Source: Lepidodermella squamata (taxonomy: Eukaryota > Animalia > Gastrotricha). Taken from it: a stretch of DNA of 64,000 nt. How positions within the stretch are numbered: position 1 is the stretch's first letter; each line of letters starts with the position of its first letter. The notes beneath the pieces are model-generated. The model had not been told where the DNA came from. It saw only the letters and a list, made by a program, of their open reading frames with translations, and searched no databases. Positions 46,607 through 60,192 of the stretch are shown in pieces. The stretch is from positions 1 to 64,000 of the forward strand of contig JBLDXI010000060.1 of NCBI GenBank assembly GCA_047495785.1, in the 5' to 3' direction. The translations under genes were made by a program, and so were the position numbers.

Positions 46607-49600
46607 CTACAAAATCAGCAGCGAGCAGAGTAGAGAGATAACAAGAAAATGAGTAGCATATTTAACTTCATTTCCGCGGTTTTTATTATTGTCCTTTGAC
46701 GAGCTAGGGGCATCCCCGGCTGGTTTTGGAGATGCGACTGCAATCGAAGTGGACTCTTTCAAAGGTCCAGTTATTTTCTGGACATCATTTCCCCCGAACT
46801 TCATAGCTTCCAAGCCATTCGACAGCTTGGCGTTAGCTTTGCTTTTCAGCTTTTCAGTAGCGAAAGCCACCTTAGCTGCTATTTCACCTTCGGTGAGCTG
46901 TGTCAGACTGCGAAGTGCAACGATGTAGTCTGAGATGATGCTGCCCTTTCGGAAGCCAGTTATATTCACCCAAAGCACTTGGCAATTCAGCGACTGAGCA
47001 GTGTCATTCGCAATCTGCCAGATTAGGGGTTTCACGAACTGAGCCAGAGCCAAGAAATTAGTTGAATCAGGTCGATTCAAGCTGACATCCCAAGGATCGA
47101 TGGAAATAGTTATATTAGGCTCGGGTAACCAAATATAGTCGCCCTTGATCGTCATATTCATCATCAGTAAGTAGTCGTAGTAGATCGAAGGTTGATAAGG
47201 CTTGGTGTTAGATTGAGTTGAGGGCGTTGGCGCAGATGTACTTGCCTCTGTTTTCTGCGTAGAGGTTAGAGTGTTCACTTGCGTAGTAACCGTTGCAGAC
47301 GAAGACGCTGTCGAAGATGTTGAAGTAATCGCCGAGCTAGAAGTCGATGTGCCTACTGAATAGGTAGTGGTTGATGGTCCATTTGTATAGAATTTGACTT
47401 GGTACAGGTAGGCCATTGTGTTAACAGGCAACGGATGGTAATTATACGCCGCGTAGACTCCCATTCTAACCTCTTCTGTGATGCCCGAGAACGCCGCGAC
47501 GGAAATAGGTGAACTCGTCAGTGTGGAAATCAAATTAGAAGACTGACAGAAAATATGCAAATTCGTCCCAACTTTCTCAAAGATAATTCCTTCCAGTGAT
47601 ACGCAGCCATTGCTGTTAACATAAGGGTCGACCCACTTGGCGTTATCAACGGAAATAGGACCAGCCGAGGATTTAATATACAAACTTCCGTCTGTCAACC
47701 GCCTGATGATCATTCCAGAGAATGAATTCATCTTCAGATTGAACGCAGCTGTTGTTCCGCTGCCAGAAGCCAAATCCAGGGACGTTTGGCTTGCGACAAA
47801 CAAAAACTGGAGTTCTACTTTTTGGCTATCGAGCGCAAGGTGAAATTCAACCCGGAAGTCGATGGATGGACTGAAAGTCTGTAAGGAGAGACTTGAATTT
47901 ACTGTTATTTTGCAATCGGTCACTTGCATTTGGTGACCAAATCACACCACTTTGCCCTAACGCAGCCAGCCGAATCGTCTGGCCGTTTGCGGTTATTGCC
48001 GCGGCACCTCGTCGGTAAACTTTGTCTACCATTAAATTGAACAAACATTGCGATTTGAAGCAGAAAAGAAAATATATAATTTTACGGAAGTTGGCAATAT
48101 TTATGGATTGATTTTCGTCGTAGTTCCACACGCAAGTCTGACAGGTGTTTGGTATTATCACATCTGGCCAGGATGTAGCTGAAAGAAAGAAACAAAGAAA
48201 TGTCGGTCATATTGAGCAGAGACAAATCTCACGAACACCCCTTGCACTGGCGCATGAGCACATCTGCCGTGGTCTGGTCTGAATAATAAAACTTGAACAG
48301 CATCAAACAGGATACGATCCCATCATTATTCGACCTGGAAAGACGTCAGTAATAATTCTTGTTGATAGCTCAGTTTTCAATACTCACACTCCAGCAAGGT
48401 TAACAGAAACTGGCGTGCCAGAGATATCTCCAGCACCCGACGTCGTAGTAACAGTATAGCTTTCATAATCAAAATCTGCACCACTAACTGACATAGTTAG
48501 CTTCGGGGCATTCGACGAGGCATCGCAGCCGATCAAGTAGAGAACCAAGCCGCTTGCAATGGGCGACGGGAATTTGTACGGTGTACCATTAAGCTGGATT
48601 ACCACATTTCCGTTAGGGATTGAAATTGAATGGAGAACTGCAGCTTTGGCGTCAACCAAGTCAATCTGAAAGGCTCCACGAGCTAGGACTGCGATACTCC
48701 AGGCTTTCCCGAGCAACTCTGGCAACGCAGGCCCCTTCAACGATGCCTTAGTTGAACCACTAACAGTGTAGCCTGCTTGTTTGAATGTTCCTAACGCAAT
48801 TGATAACGCTGCCCCATTGACCGGTGTGAAATCAGAGGTACTATGCGTCAGAGCTCGAAGTAGAGTGTCCGTTGTTAGAGGCCAGAAAGCTACCAATTCG
48901 GATGGGGCCGAAACTGCAGGCTCGCCGCACATGTAGTTTTTAGGATCGGGGTTAAATGCCCCATTGATGCAAGTCGTTTGGAAGTAAGCGCCATTAGGAC
49001 ATTCATCTCTAACCACTGCAAACTTGTCAATACCAGTCAATGCTGTAGCAGTCAGCCAAGTTGCTCCGTAATCAATGCTAATGTTGTAGCGATGTGTCTT
49101 CAATAAAGTTGACCCGGGCCAGGAACATGTTTGATTACTCATTCTTCCGACCGTTTCTAAGAGGATCGAAAATAGAAGAAAAATCCTCTAAATTGGACTT
49201 GTTATTGAAATGAAAAAGATTGTGAAATAAGGGAATACTCTATGGCAAACCATGGAGAAATATAATTTTCACGTGCAAATCATATTTATTACCTTATTTC
49301 AAGTGAAATTGCTTTTAAATAAAATTGGATTTTTCGCTGTTCTAGTGACTTTCCTAAGATTCTCGAAAAAATGCGATTTCTGGGGGTTTTGAGGCCAATT
49401 CCGAGCAAAATGCTGCCCAAATTTGTGGCGGTTTCTATCTAGCCATAGAGAAATATTTCTAACCATAGAGAAAACTGTGTTTCTCCATGGCTAAATTTCA
49501 CCAATGCGTATGTGGGAATAGGAAAAATGAGAATTACATGCCGCTCATTTCAGTCAATTTTTCGGATGATTTTTCGCCACAATTTTCTACTTGGTGAGCA

Positions 49601-50008
49601 GTCGGAAGCAAATATGAGCATTTTGGACTAAATACCGAATACCGAATGAAATTTGGCCAGGAATTGTTGACAATTGATATGCATAACTGAGTAGCGTTGC
49701 TTCAAACAAAGCTTACTGAAATCCGCACATGAGGATATTCTCTTAGTCCACCATGCACTGTCGATGCACATTGTCGCGCTTCTCGTTTGATCGCCAACGC
49801 AAGTAACATGAACAATCGTTCCGAGTGGGAATTTAGCTTCCATTGTTGAGTCAAATGTCTTCCATCCGTCGATATGAGTAACAAGGTTTTCAGTTGTGAA
49901 TTCAGATTGAGCCGTCTTGTTCCATACGCATATTTCTAGATCTACCAACTCTGCTAAATCTATGTTGAAGCATGCTAACGCCAATGCAGCTAACACAGCT
50001 GTATTCAT
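46607..50008 (-). CDS. SEA-family paralogue E (most divergent)
   Basis: Signal peptide MNTAVLAALALACF.., LVAFWPL, IRLAALGQSGVIW, FRVEFHL, an S/T stalk, ITGFRKGSIISDYIVALRSLTQLTE and a hydrophobic C-terminus. Confidence 0.85.
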
Positions 50009-50999
50009 GATGGCTGGAAATGTCACTAGTAGTCTCGTCAAAAACTGCCAAATTGCATATAGGTATTCGAGAAAAATCGGACAACCTTTCAAAGTAAACT
50101 AATCATTAGCTACTTTGTTTATTCAAAGGCAAAAAGCCGCTTAAAAATAAAAAAAAATGAAAATGAGATGTAAATGAACAGTTATGTGACGGAATTGTTA
50201 CCAGGTCTCCAGGCTGCCGGGTCATTTTATTGGCCACATCAAACGCAGTAGCGCCAGGATGAACCTATACGAATAATTACAGGCCTATTACGTCGGCGCC
50301 GTGCAGTAATGTAGCTTAACCATGATATACGCACATTGGAAAATAAATTTTCTTATTTTAACGAATTTTGCCTCGAAACCGGTGTCATACTGACGGCCTT
50401 GATGCGATGAGCAAGAATATATATAATTCGAAGCACTTCGAGCGTCCAGTGCCACGTTGAAGCTGTTTGAGCGGTTTTTCAGTCGGCGTACTATTATTAT
50501 TATTAGTGTGCGCATATGTATGTTGTTGTGCATGATGCGCGATTAAAGCATGGGCGGCCAGGCGACATAACTTTTATGGAAATTCGTTGTTATTTTGCGT
50601 TGCATTGTGCGTAACAGGTAGCTCCGATAACTACAAATTTATTGAGACTTGACGTAAAATACGAGAAGAATAATAAAATTCCCCTGAAAATGTTGTTCTC
50701 AAGTGCCTGCTATCTAAGATTTTCTTCACCGTTCATTATCGTTGACCTGAAGCCGCTCAAAGACACAACAACAACAACGCATTTTTTCATTAAAACACTA
50801 CAAAAAATTTATTTCAATTTCTGCACAATAACAATAATAATATCATTGAAAACATTAAAACAAGAGGTAAAACTATATATTATATATATTACGAGGATAA
50901 CACCAATACCAAAATTCAAAGCCTGTCGACAAGCTCTTCTTCGTCTGCCATATCCACGTCATCGGCTGTCCATTCGTTGTCTTTATATTTTTCTCGAAT

Positions 51000-51290
51000 C
51001 AGGGCTAGCCGATTTTCATATGCCCGGCGTTTCTCCTCTGTAGAGCATTGAAGTAATCAAGCATTCGCGGTGGAATAACACCATCCGCAATCCAAGACAG
51101 CAAATCCATCTTTTTATCAAACGTGAGGTTTCGCGGCCCAGTACACTTTTTCAGGTTTAGCTGTCATGATAAAATAACAAATAAAATAACGAGCAGAGAA
51201 GGCAAGTTAGGTATTATTATCTACCTACCGTTATCATAACCAAATGGACCTTTATTCTTCACAGGAGTGAGGTGTACATGAAACTGTCAT
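51000..51290 (-). pseudogene. Probable DNA-transposase C-terminal remnant
   Basis: A spliced reading gives LNLKKCTGPRNLTFDKKMDLLSWIADGVIPPRMLDYFNAL, resembling the KKxDLL..IP...F..L ends of some DNA transposases. Family uncertain. Confidence 0.3.
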
Positions 51291-52176
51291 CAAGGAATCA
51301 AACACTACTGAGTCAGCTACTGATGAGGGTGGACTCGTAGGTAGCGCGGTATGCAACTGTCATCAAGTTATCAAACATTACTGATCGGCTACTGATTGGA
51401 GCCTGGAACCGAGCAGCGGCTGCTACATGCTAACTCAATGTACACCTTGCTGTTATCAAGTGCTTGTAATTAACGATGTGTAAGCCGAATAAAAGAAACA
51501 AATGTGAACTCGACAAAGTCTTTTGTTGTATCTGGTCAGATTTGGAGTTTATATTGTTTATTCTTATTGTCAGTATTATTTGCAGCTATCACTAGTATGG
51601 GATCGTTACGGTTTGCAACTTCATTTCTGTTGCTTTACTTTTATGTTACACCCATTATCACGGGGTCATGTACGACGTGTTGTTCCACGATGGGTTGCCT
51701 AAACTCGTCGATGGCAGTATTTTGCATCACACTGAACCGGACGCAGTTAGCCTTTTGTTTCAGGGTTTTTTCGAAATCATTGCTGACATTGTTCACTTCC
51801 TGCTCAAGTTTTTGAAGTTCAAGTTAGCGATGCTTCTAGCAAGCCTAGTGATCCTTTTTGCATGACGTCTCAGTGTCAGAGCCACCACATGTGGTTGTTT
51901 AGCAGCCCTCTGCATCGGCTTTCCATCGCTTATGTTTCTGATCATTTTTCGAATTTACCTGATGCTCGTAATCGTGTCTTTGCTGCTGCTGGGTATCTAC
52001 GCCTATCGGAGAACTAAGTCGCAGATTTACGGATTTTCTAGTAACTACCGCAAGTGCTTTTACGGTAAAACTAACGCCGCGTGCGGTAAAAATTTACATA
52101 CGCGGCGGCGTTCATTATACCGCACAGGCATTGAGGTGATCTTGTTTGCTTGCTGCGGTAAAATAATTACCGTCAA

Positions 52177-54915
52177 ATGGAGAGTTATACCGAAACGCTA
52201 GCGAGCTACTATTCTGCTTCTAAAGCTATCATTCGTAACCAGTCATAAGGTTTTACACCCAAGTGTTTGCTTAGTCCAGGATAACAACGTCTATGTCTTA
52301 GAAAACTTTCATTTTTGCCAACCAACTCCCAAACTAATAGTTCATGATTGGAACTTCCATCATCGAGTTCTCTTGTTAGCTAATGATGTTGAGATGAACC
52401 CCGGCCCTCAGGTTTTATCCGTGGCCGAAGTTCCCAACTACGCCGGTCCGGCAATATCTGTAGGCCATCATTTTACAAACTTGAAAGAAATAGAAGCGCA
52501 ACTCAACTCTTTTGCCGAACAAAATCTTTTCGGCTTGATTATGCCTCAAAGCATCAAAAAGCAGGCCTACAACAATAAGGTTTGATTTCAATAGCCAAAT
52601 TTAGACAAACTCAGGTTTATTTAAATAACTTTTAGAACAAAGGGAAAAAGAATTTTAGCCCATTGGGCGATTCTGTTCCAGGCGACACCGTTGTTGAGCG
52701 GAACTACGCTTGTTGGTGCTCTGGAAAGCACAGAGACGAGGGCGGCGAGCAGCTGACCCGATCCAAAAAGAAGGGCTGTCCCTTCAGCGTTATTGTCAAG
52801 CACGCCAGCGTCACGGGCAGTGACGGAGATGGCTATACTGTGACCGCGCGAAACATGGAGCACAACCATGAGCGTACCGAACAGGACTACAATCGTCGAA
52901 CAGCAGCCTTGTCGAAAGGGTCGAAGGCAGACCGTGCTATCGCTGAAGCTGCCATCGACGGGCATCAGAAACCAGCCGCTACAGCGAGAATGCTTCGAAA
53001 ACTTTCTGCTCGTCAGCCTACTAGGAAAGACATCCAGAATTTCTCTGACCAGCTAAGAAGTTAGTTGAACTCACTTTTTTGATCAAGTATTGAATTACAA
53101 TTTTGTCCATTTCTAGGGAAAAACGGATTGAATGATCCCGAAGACCGACTGTGGGCGACATTGCAACGTTTTCAGAACTATCTCGTGCTTGTCGACGACG
53201 AAACCAACGACGTCATCGCGATTTGCACTCAGACAAGAAGGCAGCAGAAGCTGGCAAACTTGCATCCCGAAGTTTTGCATATTGATGGTTTGTTAACACC
53301 TAAATTTGAGAAAATAATAATTAAATTCAAATAATTCATCAAATTAATTGAAATTTCACCTTTTGTTCTTCATCAGGCACGTACAAGGTGAACGACCGCA
53401 AAATGCCGCTAATCACGTTCATGGTGACGGACAACCACGGCACGGGCCAAGCCGTTTTCCACGCTCTAATTGTTCACGAAACGCGCGACGTTTTCGACCA
53501 GACGTTCGCCGTGTTCTTCGAATGGAACCCATTAGTTAAGCCAAAAATTAAAACTGTTATGCTAGATAAGGACAAACAAGCAATTGATGCAATTAGTTCA
53601 CACGTTGATCGCTTCTCAAAGCTTTGTTCGAAATTGATGTTGAAAGAAGTATAATTAGCAGGAATGAGGCAATGAAATGCCGAAATGACACACCTACTTG
53701 GTTTGAACGATATGGTATTCCCATCGAGTATGCAAAACTTACCGACTTCGCTTTAAAAAATCTACTGAAAAAAGAATTAGAGCTCTCAAAAAATCGAGAA
53801 GTAGTCTGTTTACATGATGAGATATATGAAGTTAAGAATCGCAATGGCTGTAAGACTTTCTCCGTTAATATGCACGATGAGACTTGCTCGTGTGGAATCC
53901 CAGCATCATCTTTGATGCCCTGTCGCCACTTGATTGCTGTTAAACTATTTCTCCAATTATCTATATGGCTGCCTCTTGCTACATCTCGCCGCTGGCTTAG
54001 CAACTACGACGATCATGAAGGCATATGCAATTCTGTCGATTCCGATAGCGGAGATTCTGATTTTTTTAAGCTAGTTTTACTCTTGAAAGATGTTGGAAAA
54101 GCCATTTTTTACAGGTGTAGCAATACCGAGGAAGTCAACCGTGCTTTAGATTTGATCGTAGACATGAAATCCTTCGTAGCTTCAAATGATAATTCTTTTC
54201 AGCTTATGAGACAGCTTTTTTCCGAATCTCAGCCTACCTCAGGGTCCGCGCTTGTAGCAACAGCTCAACCGATTGACTTGCCACCTGAACCTCGTACTGA
54301 TCCGCCATCTGAACTGTCATCTGAAACGCCATCTGAACCGCCAACTGAACCGAACATCGTTGCTAAACCGACCGACTCACAATCGGTACATCGAACGTCA
54401 TACTTGCTGTCTGCTTTTTCTAACTCTTTTTAATACCACAGTCGAAGGGTGTTCGGAGGATCGCGGGCAAGATGGGCAATTTACCACCACGCATTACTCG
54501 AGGCAAAGAAGGACCGTTTGACCCCGAGGTGCCAATTTTGATACGCACGAATTCATCCAACCATTGCTACAGAATAGCCTACAGCCACCTCCACTACTTG
54601 AGCCTGAGACCAACTGATGATGAAACTGAGTCGCTTTTCTACATGGGGCCTAACGAACGATTCCGCATTGCAAACGATATGCCATTGAATGAACAACCAG
54701 TTCAACAAGTTCAACCAGTTCGACCAGTTCAAGTCCAAGCAACTGTCAACCAGCAGCAAGCAATACCGCTGGCGACTGTGCCTGAGCAAATGATCGTAGA
54801 TGCAGTTGAGTCTTCGCAATTCATTGGCACTCACACTCACACACACACACACAACACGCTAACACACAGAACAAGACTACACAAAAAGTATTTTATCCAT
54901 CTCACACAATTGTAA
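52177..54915 (+). mobile_element. MULE/SWIM (FAR1/ZSWIM3-like) transposase gene with introns, internally deleted, preceded by a 2A-like peptide
   Basis: Introns at 52580-52635, ~53060-53117 and ~53288-53376 join YACWCSG..SKKKGCPF..HNH (Zn finger), IDGTYKVN and VMLDKD. After a frameshift/deletion comes the SWIM motif CSCG..LMPCRHL. LLLANDVEMNPGP lies at 52370-52408. Confidence 0.8.
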
Positions 54916-54961
54916 ACGCACGCCAAAACACTGCACCTCAGTCTACTTCAAACGCCAACAT

Positions 54962-56260
54962 GACTGTATGTATGTATGTATGTATGTATGTATAATAGCG
55001 TTGGATTCGCACTAAGGCGGTCTTCCATCCAACGGACGCAGATGGGCGCGTCGAGGTAAGGTGGCGAGTTACCTCTTTTTTGTGTAGACGAAATCGTCCA
55101 CGTATTCTGCTTTCAGCAGTACTTTCAGGAGTTCATCTCTGAGGATCTTCGGGTTTTCGGAAGATCTTATCGATGGCGGTAAGTCATTCCACTTGCTAGC
55201 AGCACGAAATCGAAAGCTGAGGTGGTGAGCTTGTCGAGGAATTTCGACGCCATCAGAGCTGCTAAGCCTGGTTTTGTGATCGGACGATGGTTTGTTGATC
55301 AAGTTTTTGATGAGAGCAGGTGCTTGAGAGTGCAAACATTTCCAAACTAGAGTCATTTCGTGGATTAGGCGTTTCCCGTCGATTGGTAGCCAACCTAACT
55401 GTTTGAGGAGAGCGGTGGCGTCGAACGAGTACGGTTTGTTAAGCAGAGCCCTAATTGCCTTATTCTGTGCGGATTGGTAGGTTTTCTGCGAGCTAGTGAA
55501 GGTAGCTAGATTAGCAACGAAGTCAGCGTAATTAAGATGGCAAGCGACGAGACTATTGTAGATATTTATTCTGGCTTGAAGAGGTAGGCGATTCTGGCTA
55601 GCGATGCGGAGGGCGTAGGTGCCAGATCGAACTTTGTTTTTCACTTTTTCCGCTTGTTCATCCATGGTGAGCCTATGGTCCAAGATGAATCCTAATAGTT
55701 CGATTGAAGAGACGGCGGTTAGTGTTGTATTGGCGATTTGCAGGCTAATGGAGGGAATTTCTACTGGGTGACCAGGGGATAAGACCATAAACTGGGATTT
55801 GTCTGGGTTTAATTTGAGCGAGTTGTTGCTGAACCAAGAGCAGAACTTGACTAGCCTATCTTGTAGTAGGTTTCGTGCCTCCGCAGCTGTGGATCCGAAT
55901 GCATAAATTGTTGTGTCATCGGCAAATTGGACAGTTCTTAGATTATCGCTATCACAGATCGAGGAGAGGTCATTAACATAAAGAGAGAAAAGCAATGGTC
56001 CGAGGACACTGCCTTGAGGTACGCCTACGTTCACCGGCAGTCTTTCAGATAGACAGTTACCAATTTTTACGATTTGTTGGCGGCGCGTGATGTAAAAATT
56101 GATCAGCTCAATCGCCTTTGCGTCAAACCCCGCTGCTTTCAACGATGCGGCGATGCCATCAGGGTGTAAGGTGTCGAAAGCCTTGCTGAGGTCGAGAGAG
56201 ACTGCTGCGACATATTTGCCGTCTTTCAACGCGTCGAGCCAGTCTTCGGCAATTGCTAGT
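54962..56260 (-). mobile_element. 5'-truncated non-LTR retrotransposon (CR1/L2-group) RT fragment
   Basis: SLDLSKAFD, GVPQGSVLGPLLF, QFADDT, LKLNPDKS, LLG and WNDLP. Stop at 55069. A 3'-UTR stem (CGTTGGA..TCCAACG) precedes a (ATAC)n tail at 54966-54992. Confidence 0.92.
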
Positions 56261-57649
56261 ATTGCTAGTAGTAGTATTATTGACTGTAGCGTGAGATACA
56301 GTCCAAATAACTGTACTAGTTGTACAGCCCGACGAGCCGTACCCTCAGTACAGTCAAATATAATAAAGAGCTACAGCAAAAACGACGTCAATGTTACTTC
56401 TTCGATCTCGGAGCGAAACCAAGCATCAAAGGTGACTATCTACCTTGGTCAGAAGATGTATGGTTTCGCTACGAGAATGAGCTGAAGACAGTCTGTGCGC
56501 GAGATGCGAGACGGCTATGAAGCCAAATGGCCTTGGAAGATATATTCCCTTTCACCCGCCGCGTTCAAGAAGGTTCCCTCTGGAGCTCCACCCAGCTTGA
56601 GAAATTCGCCCATTCCTCTATCCTACACTTTTGGATGCTTTGATGGCCGATCTTCTGGAAATGCTGTAAAGTGAAATAATTCCTAAAATTACTACCCAAA
56701 ATTACCTAAAATTACCTAAAACAAGTAGTATTAAGCCCCCCGTATCAACCGTTTGGAGTGGCAAGCAGTCTGATCATCGCGCAATTTTTGACACTTCAGG
56801 TCTGAAGAAGAACAATTCCGTTAGCTATGATTCGGATTTTGATGATTAAAAAGAAAGTTAGGAATGAAAAAGACTTTTATAATTGAATTTTAATAATAAT
56901 TCCGGTTCCGGTTTTGAAGAGGGCGAAGGCGAAAGAAAGAGGCGTGAAGTATTTTCAGTGACTGGTAAAAGCGCGGTAACTATTCGCGCACTTTTCAAAT
57001 AACTAAAAAATGAATATTGTTTTTGGCAATATAATATAACGAAAATTTAAAATTTTTGTTCATTTTATTTCATTTGAAAACCAAGAACGTCTTTTGGCGG
57101 GTTTTCAATTTTTATTAGGAGTTTCGACAAAAAAGCCACCTAGGCACTAATGCCTGGGCCCTGGAGAAACAGTTAGCAATAACTGGAGTACCAGGGGTAG
57201 GAATTTCAATTAAGTAGTTAGTAAACCAGTTCAACCTTTCCTAGAGCGTAAGCTCGCGATTTTCTCACAAGCTCCGCCTTATGGCGAAAGCTTGAGTCCG
57301 TCAGGGCGAGGAGAAATCGTAATTCCTGATCCTGATCCTGATGAAACAAAATGAAGTCTCTCTCATTGCATTCACGCATGGGAAATTTCATTTTAATTTT
57401 CGCCGAAGATTTGCCTCGAAATCGTGTTAAAGCTTTTATTTTTGATTTAATTTGCAAGATCTGTTGTGAGACTTCGGCTTGTTCTTCACTTGTAGCACTT
57501 CAGTAACTTGTGGTAGGCGCACGTTATCACTAAATTTTCCATTTCCATCGCTGAACTTACACGGAGAGGTTTGTCTTTAACCTCTAGATCCTGTAAAATG
57601 ACCAAAAAATGACTAACCCATCAATGCATCCAAGTTCATCCGTATGTTT

Positions 57650-57968
57650 AGTACTGATAACAAGTTGATGCATCTGTTTTCTACTCGTAACAAGTTGACC
57701 TATTTGTTTTCTACTCGTAACAAATACTTATACTTTCAACCATTAGTGTCCACTCGCGCGCAATGTTGAATCCTTTGAAAAATGATCATCACGAAGGCCC
57801 GGGAGGCTCTCTTACTGTCGAGACCAAGTCATCTTAAACGGGGCTTCTTGGAGCATCCTGTCAAGTGTTAAACTGCGACTCCAATATTTGTTTTCTACTC
57901 GTAACAAATAGGCACATCTGTTTTCTACTCGTAACAAATTGGCCCGATTGTTTTCTACTTGTGGCAAG
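57650..57968. repeat. Two clusters of ~29-30-bp-period repeats with core TGTTTTCTACTCGTAACAA
   Basis: Copies at ~57675, 57704, 57889, 57919 and 57949 (degenerate). Confidence 0.7.
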
Positions 57969-58360
57969 TGGAGTTTTCAGCAAATTTCGCACAAACTTGA
58001 CATCAATCAAACAACTTCCATCAAAGCCCCGCTAATGGTTTAGGGCTAACTTCGTGATTTGGGTAACAGACAGTCAGTTGCCAGTTTTTAGTGTTCAAAT
58101 GAGCATCATTGCTTTGACCGTTCTCATAATTTACGTAGGATTTCAGCTGCTAACGTTTGCTGAGTTTCTCTGTTGCCTGTTTTGCTTGAGCCCCTCCTGA
58201 ATTTAGTTTTACAGGTTCACACAGGTTTTAGTTTTACATAGCGTCATCACCGTTACTCCGGAATCACCCTTATCTTCCTCGTTCTACTATTCTATTTGAT
58301 TTTGTATCATATTGAATGGATCAAATAATTATAGATTTCATCCACTGTAGATTTTACGTT

Positions 58361-58681
58361 TCGCTTATTTAGTTTTGATATCTGCTAATATCTCGAGCAC
58401 GAAAGCGTAAAGCCGCAGTTTCTGCAGATTGGGTCATTCAGGGAAAAGAAGCAAGGCATGACAGACTTGCTTTTGAACGACTCGAGTTGGTGTACCGAAG
58501 AAACGATACATGTATGCTTTTGTTGGCAAATTACTCTTCATTATTATAATAGGATTTTAGGAGAGATTGAGTTTGGAGAAGAGCGAGCTTTGCTAGAGCT
58601 AAAGCTGGACAGCGGCTGGTCCAATGAAATGCTTTGAAAATTTGCATACGATGGAATTTCGCGCTTCGACCAGAGAAACTG
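58361..58681 (+). repeat. Direct repeat, near-identical to 63680-64000 (window end)
   Basis: TATTTAGTTTTGATATCTGCTAATATCTCGAGCACG...CCAGAGAAACTG appears at both sites. Confidence 0.92.
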
Positions 58682-58702
58682 GAGAACCAAAGGCCCGGCG
58701 GT

Positions 58703-60192
58703 ACTGTATTGCAAAGTACAGTTCTCGCAGCTGTAAATAGTTGTACAGCTGGTTGAAACTGTACAGTCGTGTACAGTGCGTCGTATGTACTGCATATTGC
58801 TCTAGGGGACAGCTCACATATTACAATTATGTTACATAATTCCCCTAGGGGAAAACTTCACATATTGACAGTTTAAGGCGGATTTTTTTAAATGCGAGCG
58901 AAGCGAGCCATGATCCAAAATCCTTGCCCCGCCGTAAGAGCGAGCGGAGCGAGCATTACGGGGCAAGGATTTTGGGACGAGCGTAGCGAGGCACCGAGCG
59001 AGACGAGAAAGCAGCGATTAATTTTTGTCGCAGTCGAGCGAAGCGAGAAAAGTAACCAACAACTAGTTTCTTCCTTCCGCTAGATAAAGGCGACCAGCGA
59101 CTGTTTTACGCTTCTCAACGACGATCTCACTGGTGGGTATAACACTGTCAGGTAAAAAGAGCCCGAAACAAAACGAAATCGGTCACTTCCAAGCTTGAAA
59201 CGAGTCGAAGCAGGAGTGAAACGAGGCGCAGCCAAGTGTAACGAATGCGGAGACGAGTTTCAACATTTTCGAATTTTTCGAAGGCCCACTTTTTCCAAGA
59301 TAATACATGTACGAGATACACGTGAAAATACTTCACGCCTCTTTCTTTCGCCTTCGCCCTCTTCAAAACCGGAACCGGAATTATTATTAAAATTCAATTA
59401 TAAAAGTCTTTTTCATTCCTAACTTTCTTTTTAATCATCAAAATCCGAATCATAGCTAACGGAATTGTTCTTCTTCAGACCTGAAGTGTCAAAAATTGCG
59501 CGATGATCAGACTGCTTGCCACTCCAAACGGTTGATACGGGGGGCTTAATACTACTTGTTTTAGGTAATTTTAGGTAATTTTGGGTAGTAATTTTAGGAA
59601 TTATTTCACTTTACAGCATTTCCAGAAGATCGGCCATCAAAGCATCCAAAAGTGTAGGATAGAGGAATGGGCGAATTTCTCAAGCTGGGTGGAGCTCCAG
59701 AGGGAACCTTCTTGAACGCGGCGGGTGAAAGGGAATATATCTTCCAAGGCCATTTGGCTTCATAGCCGTCTCGCATCTCGCGCACAGACTGTCTTCAGCT
59801 CATTCTCGTAGCGAAACCATACATCTTCTGACCAAGGTAGATAGTCACCTTTGATGCTTGGTTTCGCTCCGAGATCGAAGAAGTAACATTGACGTCGTTT
59901 TTGCTGTAGCTCTATATTATATGGTCATTTGACTGTACTGAGGGTACGGCTCGTCGGGCTGAACAACTAGTACAGTTATTTGGACTGTATCTCACGCTAC
60001 AGTCAATAGTAGCTGTAATTACTAGTACAGCTAAACGAACTGTACTTGCAGTACAGCCTAATTGAGCTGTAATCGCAGTACAGTAAGATGAACTGTACTC
60101 GCTGTACAGCTCGAGTGGACTGTACCGTTCGTACAGCATTGGAGACTGTAACTAGGATTACAGCCTAAAAATACTGTACTTGGGAGTACAGG
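58703..60192. mobile_element. Non-autonomous TIR element with CTGTAC/GTACAG subterminal repeats
   Basis: Ends CTGTATTGCAAAGTACAGT versus the reverse complement CTGTACTCCCAAGTACAGT. Internal hairpin CCAAAATCCTTGCCCCG..CGGGGCAAGGATTTTGG at 58915-58976. Confidence 0.5.

Larger units (their letters stand above)
56278..60008. repeat. Long inverted duplication: arms ~56278-56957 and ~59323-60008 (about 680 bp, near-identical)
   Basis: Reverse-complement identity, e.g. GAAGAGGGCGAAGGCGAAAGAAAGAGGCGTGAAGTATTTTCA versus TGAAAATACTTCACGCCTCTTTCTTTCGCCTTCGCCCTCTTC. Confidence 0.9.

Noticed and set aside
57640-57970. CRISPR-like array
   Set aside because: The context is eukaryotic, the spacers are only about 10 bp, the copies are few and degenerate, and there are no cas genes. 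These look like transposon subterminal repeats.
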